The notes beneath the pieces are model-generated. The model was not told where the DNA came from. It ran no database searches and was given only the letters and a program-made list of their open reading frames with translations. The position numbers and the translations under genes were made by a program. From the NCBI GenBank assembly GCA_963821525.1, contig CAWGED010000008.1, positions 1-64,000 of the forward strand: a stretch of 64,000 nucleotides of DNA, in the 5' to 3' direction. This DNA is from an uncultured Gemmatimonadales bacterium (GTDB lineage Bacteria > Gemmatimonadota > Gemmatimonadetes > Gemmatimonadales > GWC2-71-9). Of the stretch, positions 22,559 to 32,215 are shown piece by piece; positions within the stretch are counted from its first letter, which is position 1, and each line of letters starts with the position of its first letter.

Positions 22559-24509
22559 ATGGCTGATCTCGGCCGCGCGGCGCTCGTCGTCAGCCTCGGG
22601 CTCGCGCTCTACGCGCTCGTCGCCGGGACGGCCGCGCGCCGTCACGAACCGGCGGCGGCTCGCCGACTCCGCGCGCAACGCGCTGCTCGCCTGCTTCGGC
22701 TCGACCCTCGTCGCCGCGGCGGTGCTCGCGTCGGCGCTCGTCCGGCACGACTTCTCCTTCGCCTACGTCGCCGCGCACACGAGCCGCACGCTGCCGACGA
22801 TGTACGCGCTGAGCGCGTTCTGGGGCGGCCAGGAGGGCTCGCTGCTGCTCTGGCTGCTCGTGCTGACCGGCTACGGCGCGCTCGCCGTCGCGATCAACCG
22901 GCAGCTCCTGCGCGACCTCGTCGCCTGGGTCGTGCCGGTGATCGGCGGCATCGCCACCTTCTTCGCGTTCATGCTCGTCGTCGTCTCGAGCCCGTTCGGC
23001 ACGCAGGCGCGCACGATCGACGGCGCCGGGCTCGTGCCGAGCCTCCAGAACCCGTACATGGTCGCGCACCCGCCGATGCTCTACCTCGGCTACGTCGGGC
23101 TGACGATCCCGTTCGCGTTCGCGGCCGGCGCGATGCTGTCCGGCCGCACCGACGAGCGCTGGATCGTCGCGACGCGCCGCTGGACGCTCGCGGCCTGGAT
23201 GTTCCTCGGCTTCGGGCAGCTGCTCGGCGCGCACTGGGCCTACGTCGAGGTCGGCTGGGGCGGCTACTACGCCTGGGACCCGGTCGAGAACGCGGCGCTG
23301 ATGCCGTGGCTCGCGGCGACCGCGTTCCTGCACTCGGTGATGATCCAGGAGCGCAAGGGGATGCTCCGGATCTGGAACATGGTGCTCGTCGCGCTCGCGT
23401 TCGAGCTCTCGATCTTCGGCACGTTCCTGACCCGGTCGGGCGTGATCAACTCGATCCACTCGTTCGCGAAGAGCTCGATCGGCGCGTGGTTCCTGGTGTT
23501 CGTCGTCGTCACGGCGCTGTTCTCGATCGCGCTGATCCTCTGGCGGCTGCCGCTGCTGCGCGCGCGGACGAAGCTCGAGTCGGCGCTCTCGCGCGAGGCG
23601 GCGTTCCTCTACAACAACCTGCTGCTCGTCGCGCTCGCGCTGACGATCCTCTGGGGCGTGATCTTCCCGATCCTGACGCAGCTCTACGACGGCCAGACGC
23701 GCACGATCGGGCGGCCGTACTACGACTTCTTCCTGCGCGCCTTCGGGCTGCCGCTGCTGCTGCTGATGGGGATCGGCCCGCTGATCGCCTGGCGGCGGAC
23801 GACGGTCCGCTCGCTCGCTGCGGACGCTCCGCTGGCCGATGAGCGTCGCGCTCGTCGCCGGCGTCGCGCTCGTCGCTCGCCGGCGCCGGCTCGTCCAGCC
23901 CGGCCTGATCGCGTACACGTTCTGCGCGTTCGTCCTCACGACGATCGTCGTCGAGCTCGTCCGCGGGACTCGGGCCACCGGCTCGCTCTTCGAGCTCGTC
24001 TCGCGCAACCGCCGCCGCTACGGCGGCTACATCGTCCACGCGTCCGTCGTGCTGCTCGCGATCGGCGATCGCCGGCTCGAGCGCCTACGGGACGACGCGC
24101 GAGCAGCAAGCTCTCGCCGGGGCAGTCGATGACCGTCGACCGACAACACGCTCACCTACCGCGGGCTCGAGCGCAGCACGAGCGCGACCGCGACGCGAGA
24201 CGAGGGCGGTGCTCGACGATCTCGGGCCGCACGAACGGCACGCTCCGGACCGGCGTCAACAACTACTTCACCGGCGACGACTCGCGCGAGGTCGGCATCC
24301 ACACGAACTGGCTGCGCGGCGAGGACCTCTACGTGATCTTCGACCAGCGAGACGGCAACACCGTCTTCTTCAAGGTGCTCGTCAAGCCGCTCGTGAACCT
24401 CATCTGGCTCGCCGGGATCGTGTTCGTCCTCGGCTCGCTCGTCGCGCTGTGGCCCGACGCCCGCGAGCAGCGGCGGCTCGTCGCCCGGCTCGCGCTCGCC
24501 AAGTCATGA
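22559..24509 (+). CDS. ccmF: Heme lyase CcmF
   Basis: WGGQEGSLLLW, HPPMLYLGYVG, WAYVEVGWGGYYAWDPVENA, GTFLTRSG..SIHSF, KPLVNLIW. Confidence 0.95.
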
Positions 24510-24804
24510 CCGCCCTGGTCGTGGGCGCGCTCGATCGCGGTCGCAGCGGTCGTGATCGTCGCGCTGCCGTTCCTGCGCGCGAGCGCGGACGGGCCGACGA
24601 CACGCTCGACCTGCCGACCGAGGCCGAGGAGCGGCGGCTCGCGCTGATCGAGGAGCGCGACCACGCGCTCGCCGCGCTCAAGGAGCTCGAGTTCGACCAC
24701 CGGTCCGGCAAGATCGGCGACGACGACTACCGCGCGCTCGTCGGGCCCGCTCCGGCGCGCGGCCGCCGAGGCGCTCCGGGCGCTCGACGCCGTCGCAGGA
24801 GTAG
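24506..24804 (+). CDS. CcmI-like cytochrome c biogenesis protein (N-terminal domain only)
   Basis: TM followed by ERDHALAALKELEFDHRSGKIGDDDY; overlaps the ccmF stop. Confidence 0.6.
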
Positions 24805-24832
24805 GAGCCGTCCGTGGCGAATCACGGCTCGC

Positions 24833-26022
24833 ATGACGAGGCTGCTCCTCGCTCGGGCTCGGCGCTCGCCGCTCGCGCTCGCGACGCCGGCGCTCGGCGA
24901 CGACATCGGCGCCAAGAAGCAGGCCGTCGACTCGAAGATCGCGAGCCCTGAACGGGAAGCTCGCCGCGCAGCAGCAGGGCGAGGCCGCGCTGCGCGGCGA
25001 GATCGCCGGCGTCTCCTCGCGGATCCGCGAAGCTCGAGCCGCAGGTGGGCGACGTCTCGCTGCAGCTCCAGACGCTCGAGCAGGATCTCGCGCTCCGCCG
25101 CAACCGCCTCGCGAAGCTGAACCAGCTCTTCCGCCTGCAGTCGCAGCGGCTCGAGCTGCTGACGCGGCAGTACAAGCTGTCGGTCGACCGCGCTGAACGA
25201 GCGGCTCGTCTCGATCTACGAGTCGCGCGATCCCTCGACGCTCGAGGTCGTGCTCGGCGCGCGGTCGATCCAGGAGGCGCTCGACCTGACGAACTACCTG
25301 ACGAAGATCGGCCAGGAGGACCAGCGCGTCGCGGCCGAGGTCGCGCACTCGAAGCTCGTCGTGACAGCAGGCGCGCACGAAGACGGCGAAGCTCGCGGCG
25401 GAAGATCGCGGGCGAGGCGCGCGCGCTGGCCGCGCGGCCGCGCCAGGCGGCCGAGGCCCGCGACGCACTCGTCGACGCGCAGGCCTCGCTCGCGTCGACG
25501 AAGCAGCAGAAGCTCGTCGCGCTCTCCGACCTGACCGAGCAGGAGCGTGCCGAGGCGAGCGAGATCGACGCGCTCCAGGCGGTCGAGCGCCGCAGCTGGC
25601 CGCGCAGATCCGCGCCGCGCAGGCCGAGGAGCGCCGGCGCCGACGGCGACGCCGTCCTCGGCCGGCCTCATCTGGCCGGTGTCCGGGCCGGTGACGAGCC
25701 CGTTCGGCTGGCGCTGGGGCCGCATGCACCAGGGGATCGACATCGGCGTCGGGACCGGAACGCCGATCTACGCGGCCGCCGCCGGCAAGGTCATCTACTG
25801 CGGCTGGGAGAGCGGCTACGGCAACCTCGTCGTCATCGACAACGGCGGCAACCTCGCGACCGCCTACGGGCACCAGTCCGCGATCGCCGTCACGTGCGGC
25901 CAGCAGGTGGCCAGGGCCAGGTGATCGGCTACGTCGGCTGCACCGGCCACTGCACCGGCCCGCACCTCCACTTCGAGGTGCGGATCAACGGCGATCCCGT
26001 CGATCCGCTCGGCTACCTGTAG
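24833..26022 (+). CDS. M23 family peptidoglycan DD-metalloendopeptidase with coiled coil
   Basis: [47 protein letters not shown]. Confidence 0.92.
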
Positions 26023-26575
26023 CGCCGCTCCCTGACGAGGTGCAGGTCCGGCAGGTTGCGCCAGCGCTCGTCGAGGTCGAACCCGTAGCCGACGAAGAAC
26101 TCGTCCGGAACCGTGAAGCCCACGTACGCGATCGGGAGGTCGTCCACGAGCCGCCGGTACGGGCGGTCGAACAGCGTCGCGACCGCGAGCGACGCGGGCC
26201 GGCGCAGCGCGAGCGTGCCGGCACAGGTAGTGCAGGGTCAGGCCCGTGTCGACGACCTCGTCGACGATCAGCACGTCGCGGTCGCCGATCCGCAGGTCGA
26301 GATCCTTGAGGAGGCGGATCTGCTCGTGGCCGCCCATCTCGGCGCCGCCGTAGCCGGCGAGCTCGACGAAGTCGACCGCGTGCGTGATCGGGAGCGCCCG
26401 CGAGAGGTCGGTGACGAACGGGACGCACGCCTTCAGCAGCCCGATGAGGATCGGCTCGCGGCCGGCGAAGTCGCGCGCGATCTCGCCGCCGAGCTCCTCG
26501 GACGCGCGCCGCGATCTCGGCCGCGCCGAGATAGACGTCGCCGATCCGGCCGTCGTGGGCGGGGTCGGAGGTCAG
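26013..26575 (-). CDS. hpt: Hypoxanthine phosphoribosyltransferase
   Basis: [48 protein letters not shown]. Confidence 0.85.
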
Positions 26576-26940
26576 CTCGCCTTGCGCAGCCCGTAGCGGG
26601 ATGCGATCCGCTCGAAGTCGCGCTCGTAGAAGAGCTTGACCTTGACCTCGGGATAGAGCTGCCGGAGCTTGCGCAGCTTGCGGTTCTTGCGCGTGACGAG
26701 CGACTGCTTCATCACCGTCACCTCGAGATAAAGCTCCTGCTCGGGCAGGTAGAAGTCGGGCGTGAACGCCTCGACGACCCGCCCGTCCGCGTCCCGCTCG
26801 AGCACGAACGTGTGTGGCTCGTACATCCAGGGGATGCCGTGATAGTCGAGGATCTTCGCGTACTCGAGCTCGGCGTCGTTGACGAAACGAGGCACGCCTT
26901 CTCCTCGATATGCCTGGAAAGTAGGCGTTTCCAGAGCCAC
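26572..26940 (-). CDS. Hypothetical protein with PD-(D/E)xK nuclease-like motif
   Basis: WMYEPHTF...FTPDFYLPEQELYLEVT...KNRKLR; intact ORF overlapping the hpt start. Confidence 0.7.
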   Translation of the reverse strand: MALETPTFQAYRGEGVPRFVNDAELEYAKILDYHGIPWMYEPHTFVLERDADGRVVEAFTPDFYLPEQELYLEVTVMKQSLVTRKNRKLRKLRQLYPEVKVKLFYERDFERIASRYGLRKAS

Positions 26941-27044
26941 CTGCGGGCCAAGGTAGCACCGGTGCCGGATGCCGCTCGCCCCGCCGGAGGCAATCTTGCA
27001 CGGCTCCGGCGGACTGTGACGATGCGGATCTAGACTCCGCAGGG

Positions 27045-27842
27045 ATGGAAGCGCCGCGCACGATCGCCCATCTCTCGGACCTCCACTGCGGCGACCCGCA
27101 TTTCGTGCCCGACCTGATGGAGCGCGCGATCGCGGAGATCAACGACCTCGCGCCCGACATCGTCGTCTGCTCGCGGCGATCTCACCGCCTTCGGGTTCAA
27201 GGAGGAGTACGCGCGAGGCGCGGCGCTACCTCGACCGGCTGGACTGCGAGACGTTCGTCGTGATCCCGGGAAACCACGACTCGCGCAACGTCGGCTACGC
27301 GCACTTCGAGGAGCTCTTCGGCGCCCGGAACTCGGTGCTGCACAAGGGCGGGATCACCGTGGTCGCGGTGGACTCGACCGAGCCCGACCTCGATCACGGC
27401 CAGATCGGCCGCGGCCGTTACGGCTGGATCGAGGAGGAGTTCGCACCGCCCGCCGACCTGCGCGTCTTCGTGCTCCACCACCACCTGCTGCCCGTGCCGG
27501 GAACCGGCCGCGAGCGCAACATCGTCTACGACGCCGGCGACGCGATCGAGTGCCTGCAGCGCGCAGGAGTGAATCTCGTCCTTTCCGGGCACAAACACGT
27601 TCCCTATGCCTGGCGCCTCGAGAACCTGTTCGTCGTCAACACCGGCACGGTCTCGACGCTGCGCCTCCGCGGGCAACACGAGGCCCTGTTACAACGTCGT
27701 CGAGATCAGCGGCACGCACGTCGCCATCTGGCGCTGCTACCCGTTCCACGGGCAGGAGCGGATCATCCAGTTCGACCTCGCCACGCTCGAGTTCGAGAAG
27801 TACACGGGCCGGATCGAGGGCGAGGTGAGCGCGAGGCGGTGA
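27045..27842 (+). CDS. Calcineurin-like metallophosphoesterase (Icc/CpdA-like)
   Basis: HLSDLH, GDLT, PGNHD, LHHH and SGHKH motifs. Confidence 0.92.
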
Positions 27843-28985
27843 AGGCGGTCGCGCTGATCGACGGGGAGCATTCGCCCGAGGTCGTACGGGGCGCGCTCGC
27901 CGCGCTCGCGTACGACTGGGTCGGCGCGATCCTCGTCGGCGGGACGGAGAAGCTGCGCGGCTCGTTCGACTACGGCGTGCCGCTCGTCGAGGGCTTCGGC
28001 GGCGCCGAGGTCGCGGTCGATCTCTCGGACGCGCCCGTCCTCGGGCCGGCGGAGCGGATGATGTGGGCGTCGCGCGCGCTCGCGGCCGGCGTCTCGTACA
28101 TCGGCGCCGACTTCCGCTTCGATCCGCCGCATTTCGCCGCGTGGGACATGCCGGTCTTCTCGGTCGCGGTGATCGGGACGGGCAAGCGCGTGGGGAAGAC
28201 GGCCGTCGCGGGGCACGTCGCGCGGCTGCTCGCGCGCGACCGCGACGTCGTCGTCGTCGCGATGGGCCGCGGCGGGCCGCCGGAGCCCGAGCTCGTCGAA
28301 TCGTCGCCGTCGGTGGCGGACCTCGTCGCGCTCTCGCGCTCCGGCCGTCACGCCGCATCCGACCACCTCGAGACCGCCGCCCTCTGTGGCGTTCCGACGA
28401 TCGGCTGCCGCCGCGCCGGCGGCGGGCTTGCCGGGCAGGTGTTCGTCTCCAACGTCCTCGAGGGAGCCCGGCTCGCGGCCGAGAGACGGCCCGACGCGAT
28501 CGTCTTCGACTCGAGCGGCACCGCGGTTCCGCCGGTCGAGGTCGACCGGCGCGTGCTCGTGGCCGGCCCGGGGCACAGCCTCGATGCGGATTTCAACCTC
28601 TACCGGCGGCTCATCTCCGACCTCGTCGTCTCGGTCGGCGGCGAGCTCGACGGTGCGTTCCCTGCGGAGCTCGTGCTGCGGTCGCTCGAGCCCATCGAAG
28701 GCCGCGTGGCGGTGTTCGCCGCCGGCCCCTGCGACATCGGAGGGCTCGACGCGGAGATCGTCCACGTCTCGCGCAACCTCGGCAATCGCGTGGCACTTGC
28801 CGAGGAGCTCGCGCGCGTCGACGCGGACACCTACCTCGTCGAAGTGAAGGGCGCCGCAATCGACGTCGTCGCCGAGCACGCACTCGCCCGCGGGCGCCGT
28901 GTCGTGCTCGCGCCGGAACGACGTCGTGGCGCCCGAGTTCGACGAGGCGCTCCTCGCCCTCGCGCCGGTCGCCGCCACGACGTGA
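27839..28985 (+). CDS. cpgS: Cyclic 2,3-diphosphoglycerate synthetase
   Basis: LIDGEH, GGTEKL, DLSD.PVL, GTGKRVGKTA, MGRGGP.EP, HAASDHLE, GCRRAGGGLAG..SNV, LVEVKGAAIDVV. Confidence 0.85.
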
Positions 28986-29891
28986 CCGAACGCCGATACG
29001 GGGATCCACTCCCGCTCGGCGAGCCCGGAGGGCTGCCGTACTCGAAGGGGATCATGGCGCGCGCGCTGATCGCGGCCGGGGTGTCGGCCGAGCGCGCGTA
29101 CGAGCTGGCGAGGCGCACCGAGCTGGAGCTCGTCGAGCGCGGCGAGCACTCGCTCGAGTTCCCGCGCTTCCGGGAGCTGGCGGCCCAGGTGCTCGGCAAC
29201 GTCGAGGGGCCTGCCGCGGCCGGCCGGCTGCGGCGCTACGCGTCGCTCCAGGCGCTCGACATGCCGATCGTGCTCCTGCTCGGCGGGGCGACCGGCACCG
29301 GCAAGTCGGGCGTCGCCACCGAGGCGGCGCACCGCCTCGGGATCACGCGCGTCACGTCGACGGACTTCATCCGGCAGACGATGCGCGCGTTCTTCCCGAT
29401 CGACGTGATGCCGTCGATCCACTACTCGAGCTTCGAGGCGGGCGACGCGGGCGTGTCGCGGAGACGGGCGACCCGATGATCGACGGCTTCCTCGACCAGA
29501 CGAGAAGGGTGCTCGTCGGCGTCGAGGCGTCGGTCACGCGCGCCCTCGCCGAAGGCTGGTCGATGGTGATCGAGGGCGTCCATCTCGTGCCCGGCCTCTC
29601 GCCGGCCCGGATCGAAGGGGCGCTCGTCGTCCACGCCGTCCTGCACATCGAGAACGAGGAGGTCCACCGGACGCGGTTCCACGTCCGCGACTCTGCGACC
29701 GGCGGCGTCCGCCCTATGGACAAGTACGTCTCCCGGCTCGACGAGATCCGGCAGCATTCAGGAGCGCGATCGTGAACGCGGCCGACCAGGCCGGCGTGCC
29801 CGTGATCGAGAGCACGAATCCGGAGCGCGCCACGGCCGAGCTGATGGAGCTCGTGCTCTCGCTCGCGGAGCAGCTCCAGCCCGTGCCCTGA
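28982..29891 (+). CDS. pgk2: 2-phosphoglycerate kinase
   Basis: PYSKGIMARAL (ATP-cone-like), LLGGATGTGKS, STDFIRQTMR, IHYSSF, SMVIEGVHLVPG. Confidence 0.88.
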
Positions 29892-29935
29892 CGCGCGCGG
29901 CGCGCCGGGTCTTCCTCGTGGGCTACCCTCGTCCC

Positions 29936-30236
29936 ATGCCAACCACAGAAGAGGTCGTGGAGGCGCTGCGCCAGGTCGAGGATCCCGAGCTCGGGATGGA
30001 CATCGTCGAGCTCGGACTGCTCGGTGACGTCGAGGTCGAGGGCGCCGAAGGTGAAGGTGACCTACACGCTCACCTCGATGGCCTGCCCGGTCGGCCCGAT
30101 GATCCAGGAGGACATCGACCGCGTGATCCGGCAGGTTCCCGGCGTCGAGGAGGTCGAGGCGGAGCTGACCTTCGATCCGCCGTGGACTCCCGACCGTATG
30201 TCCGAGGATGCCAAGTTCATTCTCGGCGTTGGTTAA
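29936..30236 (+). CDS. Metal-sulfur cluster assembly factor (DUF59/SufT-like)
   Basis: LRQVEDPELGMDIVELGL, TLTSMACP, LTFDPPWTPDRMS. Confidence 0.92.
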
Positions 30237-30477
30237 GGCCGCACCGTGAGGAGGATCGCGCGTCGAGGAACCGTCCGTGCCGCGGCTGACACGGCCTGGC
30301 GCCGGAAGCTCGTGGGCTTCACCGGCTCCGGTGCGTGCTCGGGCGTCGGCCGGCGACGCCGGCGGCCGCGGACGCTCCTCGCGGGCTGGACGACGCCGAC
30401 GGGCGTCGGCGCGGCCTCGGGTCGAGAGCCGGGCCTGACGCGAGACGCGCCGGCGCAAGAACGGCAGAATCGCGAGC

Positions 30478-31487
30478 GTGACGACCGCCGAGCTCCAGCG
30501 GTTGGCGGAACGATCTCGGACTCGACGCCGTCGGGGTCGCGCCCGCCGAGCCGTACGCCGGGACCGAGTCGCACATCCGCGAACGAAGGCGCGCGGGTCT
30601 GTTCGGTCGGATGCGCTTCACGATGGCCCGGCCCGAGATCTCATGCCATCCCGAGAAGCTCGCTCGAGGGCGCGCGGACGGTCGTCTCGGCCGCGCTTTG
30701 TTACTACGCGCCGGAGCCCGAGCGGCCGGCCGGCCACGGGCGCCTGCCGCGCTACACCTGGCGGGACCGGTACGCCGATCTGCGTGAGGCGCTCGACGCA
30801 CTCGGCCGCGAGCTCGGCGGTGAGTACCGCGTGCTCGTCGACGCGAACCAGCACGTCGACCGGGAGGCGGCGGCCCGCTCCGGCGTCGGCTTCTACGGGA
30901 AGAACACGATGCTGATCACGCGCCGCCACGGCTCGTGGGTCGTGCTCGGAACGCTCGTCACGACGGCCGAGCTCGAGCCGACGCCGCGCGCTCTCACCGA
31001 CTGCGGCTCGTGCACGCTCTGCGTCGACGCGTGTCCGACGGGCGCGCTCGACGGCCAGGGCGTGCTCGACGCGACGCAGTGCCTCTCGTACTGGACGCAG
31101 GTGCCGGAGCCGATTCCCGAGGGCTACCGGCCGCTGCTCGGCGCGCAGGTCTACGGCTGCGACATCTGCCAGGACGTCTGCCCGTGGAACCGCGGCGTCG
31201 AGAAGCGCCGGGCCGGGCTGCGAGCCCGGACACGCGGCGCCCACGTCGATCTGGTCGCGTGGCTCGACGAGAGCGACGACGGGCTCGCGGGCGGCTTCGA
31301 CCGCCTCTACGTGCCGCGAAACGACTCGCGCTGGCTCCGCCGCAACGCGCTCGTCGCGGCCGGCAACGTGGGGGAGGCCGAGCCGCGGATGCTCGAGGCG
31401 CTGCGCCGGTATGCGGCGGGCGAGGACGAGCTGCTCGCCGAGCACGCGGCGTGGGCGCTCGCACGGCTGGAGGAGCGCGATGGCTGA
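30478..31487 (+). CDS. queG: tRNA epoxyqueuosine reductase
   Basis: DREAAARSGVGFYGKN, GSWVVLG, CGSCTLCVDACPT, CLSY, YGCDICQDVCPWN, RNALVAAGN. Confidence 0.93.
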
Positions 31488-32199
31488 CGAGTCACCGGCG
31501 GAGCTCCGGCGGCGCCGGTTCGCGCGGATTTCGTCTCGCTCTTCGCGCACGAGATGCGGAGCCCGCTCGCGGCCATCGTCGGCTCGGCCAGGACGCTCCA
31601 GGGGCGCTGGCCGGACCTGTCGGACGACCAGCGCGAGCACCTTCCTCGGGCTGATCGTCGGCGAGGCGAACCGGCTCGCGAGCCTCGTCAGCGACATGTC
31701 GGACGTCTCGCGCATCGACTCCGGGTTCTTCGGCTACACCTTCGCCGAGGTCGACGTGAGCGCGCTCGTGCGAGCCGCGGTCTGCACCGCGGCGGCCGCG
31801 CCAGTCCGAGGTCGCGGTCGTCGCGCGAGTGCCCGACGGCCCGCCGGTCGTTCGAGCCGACGGCGCGCGGCTGCGGCAGGTGCTCGCGAACCTGATCGAC
31901 AACGCGGTCAAGTACTCGCCGCGCGACGGCCTCGAAGCGCGACGTCGAGGTCGAGGTCGACCGAGGCCGACGGCCGCGTCTCGATCGCCGTCACGGACCA
32001 CGGCGGCGGGATCGCGCCCGAGGACCAGGCGCGTGATCTTCGAGAAGTTCGGCCGGGTTCACGGCCCCGATGCGAAGCCGGGCACGGGGCTCGGCCTCTT
32101 CATCGCGCGCGTCGATCGCGGAGGCGCACGGCGGGACGCTCGAGGTCTCGTCGCGTCCCGGGGCGGACGACCTTCACGCTGACGCTGCCGGCCGCGTAG
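31480..32199 (+). CDS. Histidine kinase (HisKA + HATPase_c) with no sensor domain
   Basis: AHEMRSPL, LRQVLANLIDNAVKYS, DHGGGI, GTGLGL. Confidence 0.85.
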   Translation: MADESPAELRRRRFARISSRSSRTRCGARSRPSSARPGRSRGAGRTCRTTSASTFLGLIVGEANRLASLVSDMSDVSRIDSGFFGYTFAEVDVSALVRAAVCTAAAAPVRGRGRRASARRPAGRSSRRRAAAAGAREPDRQRGQVLAARRPRSATSRSRSTEADGRVSIAVTDHGGGIAPEDQARDLREVRPGSRPRCEAGHGARPLHRARRSRRRTAGRSRSRRVPGRTTFTLTLPAA

Positions 32200-32215
32200 C
32201 CGGCGCGCGATCGGG

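Noticed and set aside
27260..29479. 739-aa phosphoesterase-CpgS-Pgk2 triple fusion shown in the ORF track
   Set aside because: Produced by indels; proper GTGA stop/start overlaps exist at 27839-27842 and 28982-28985
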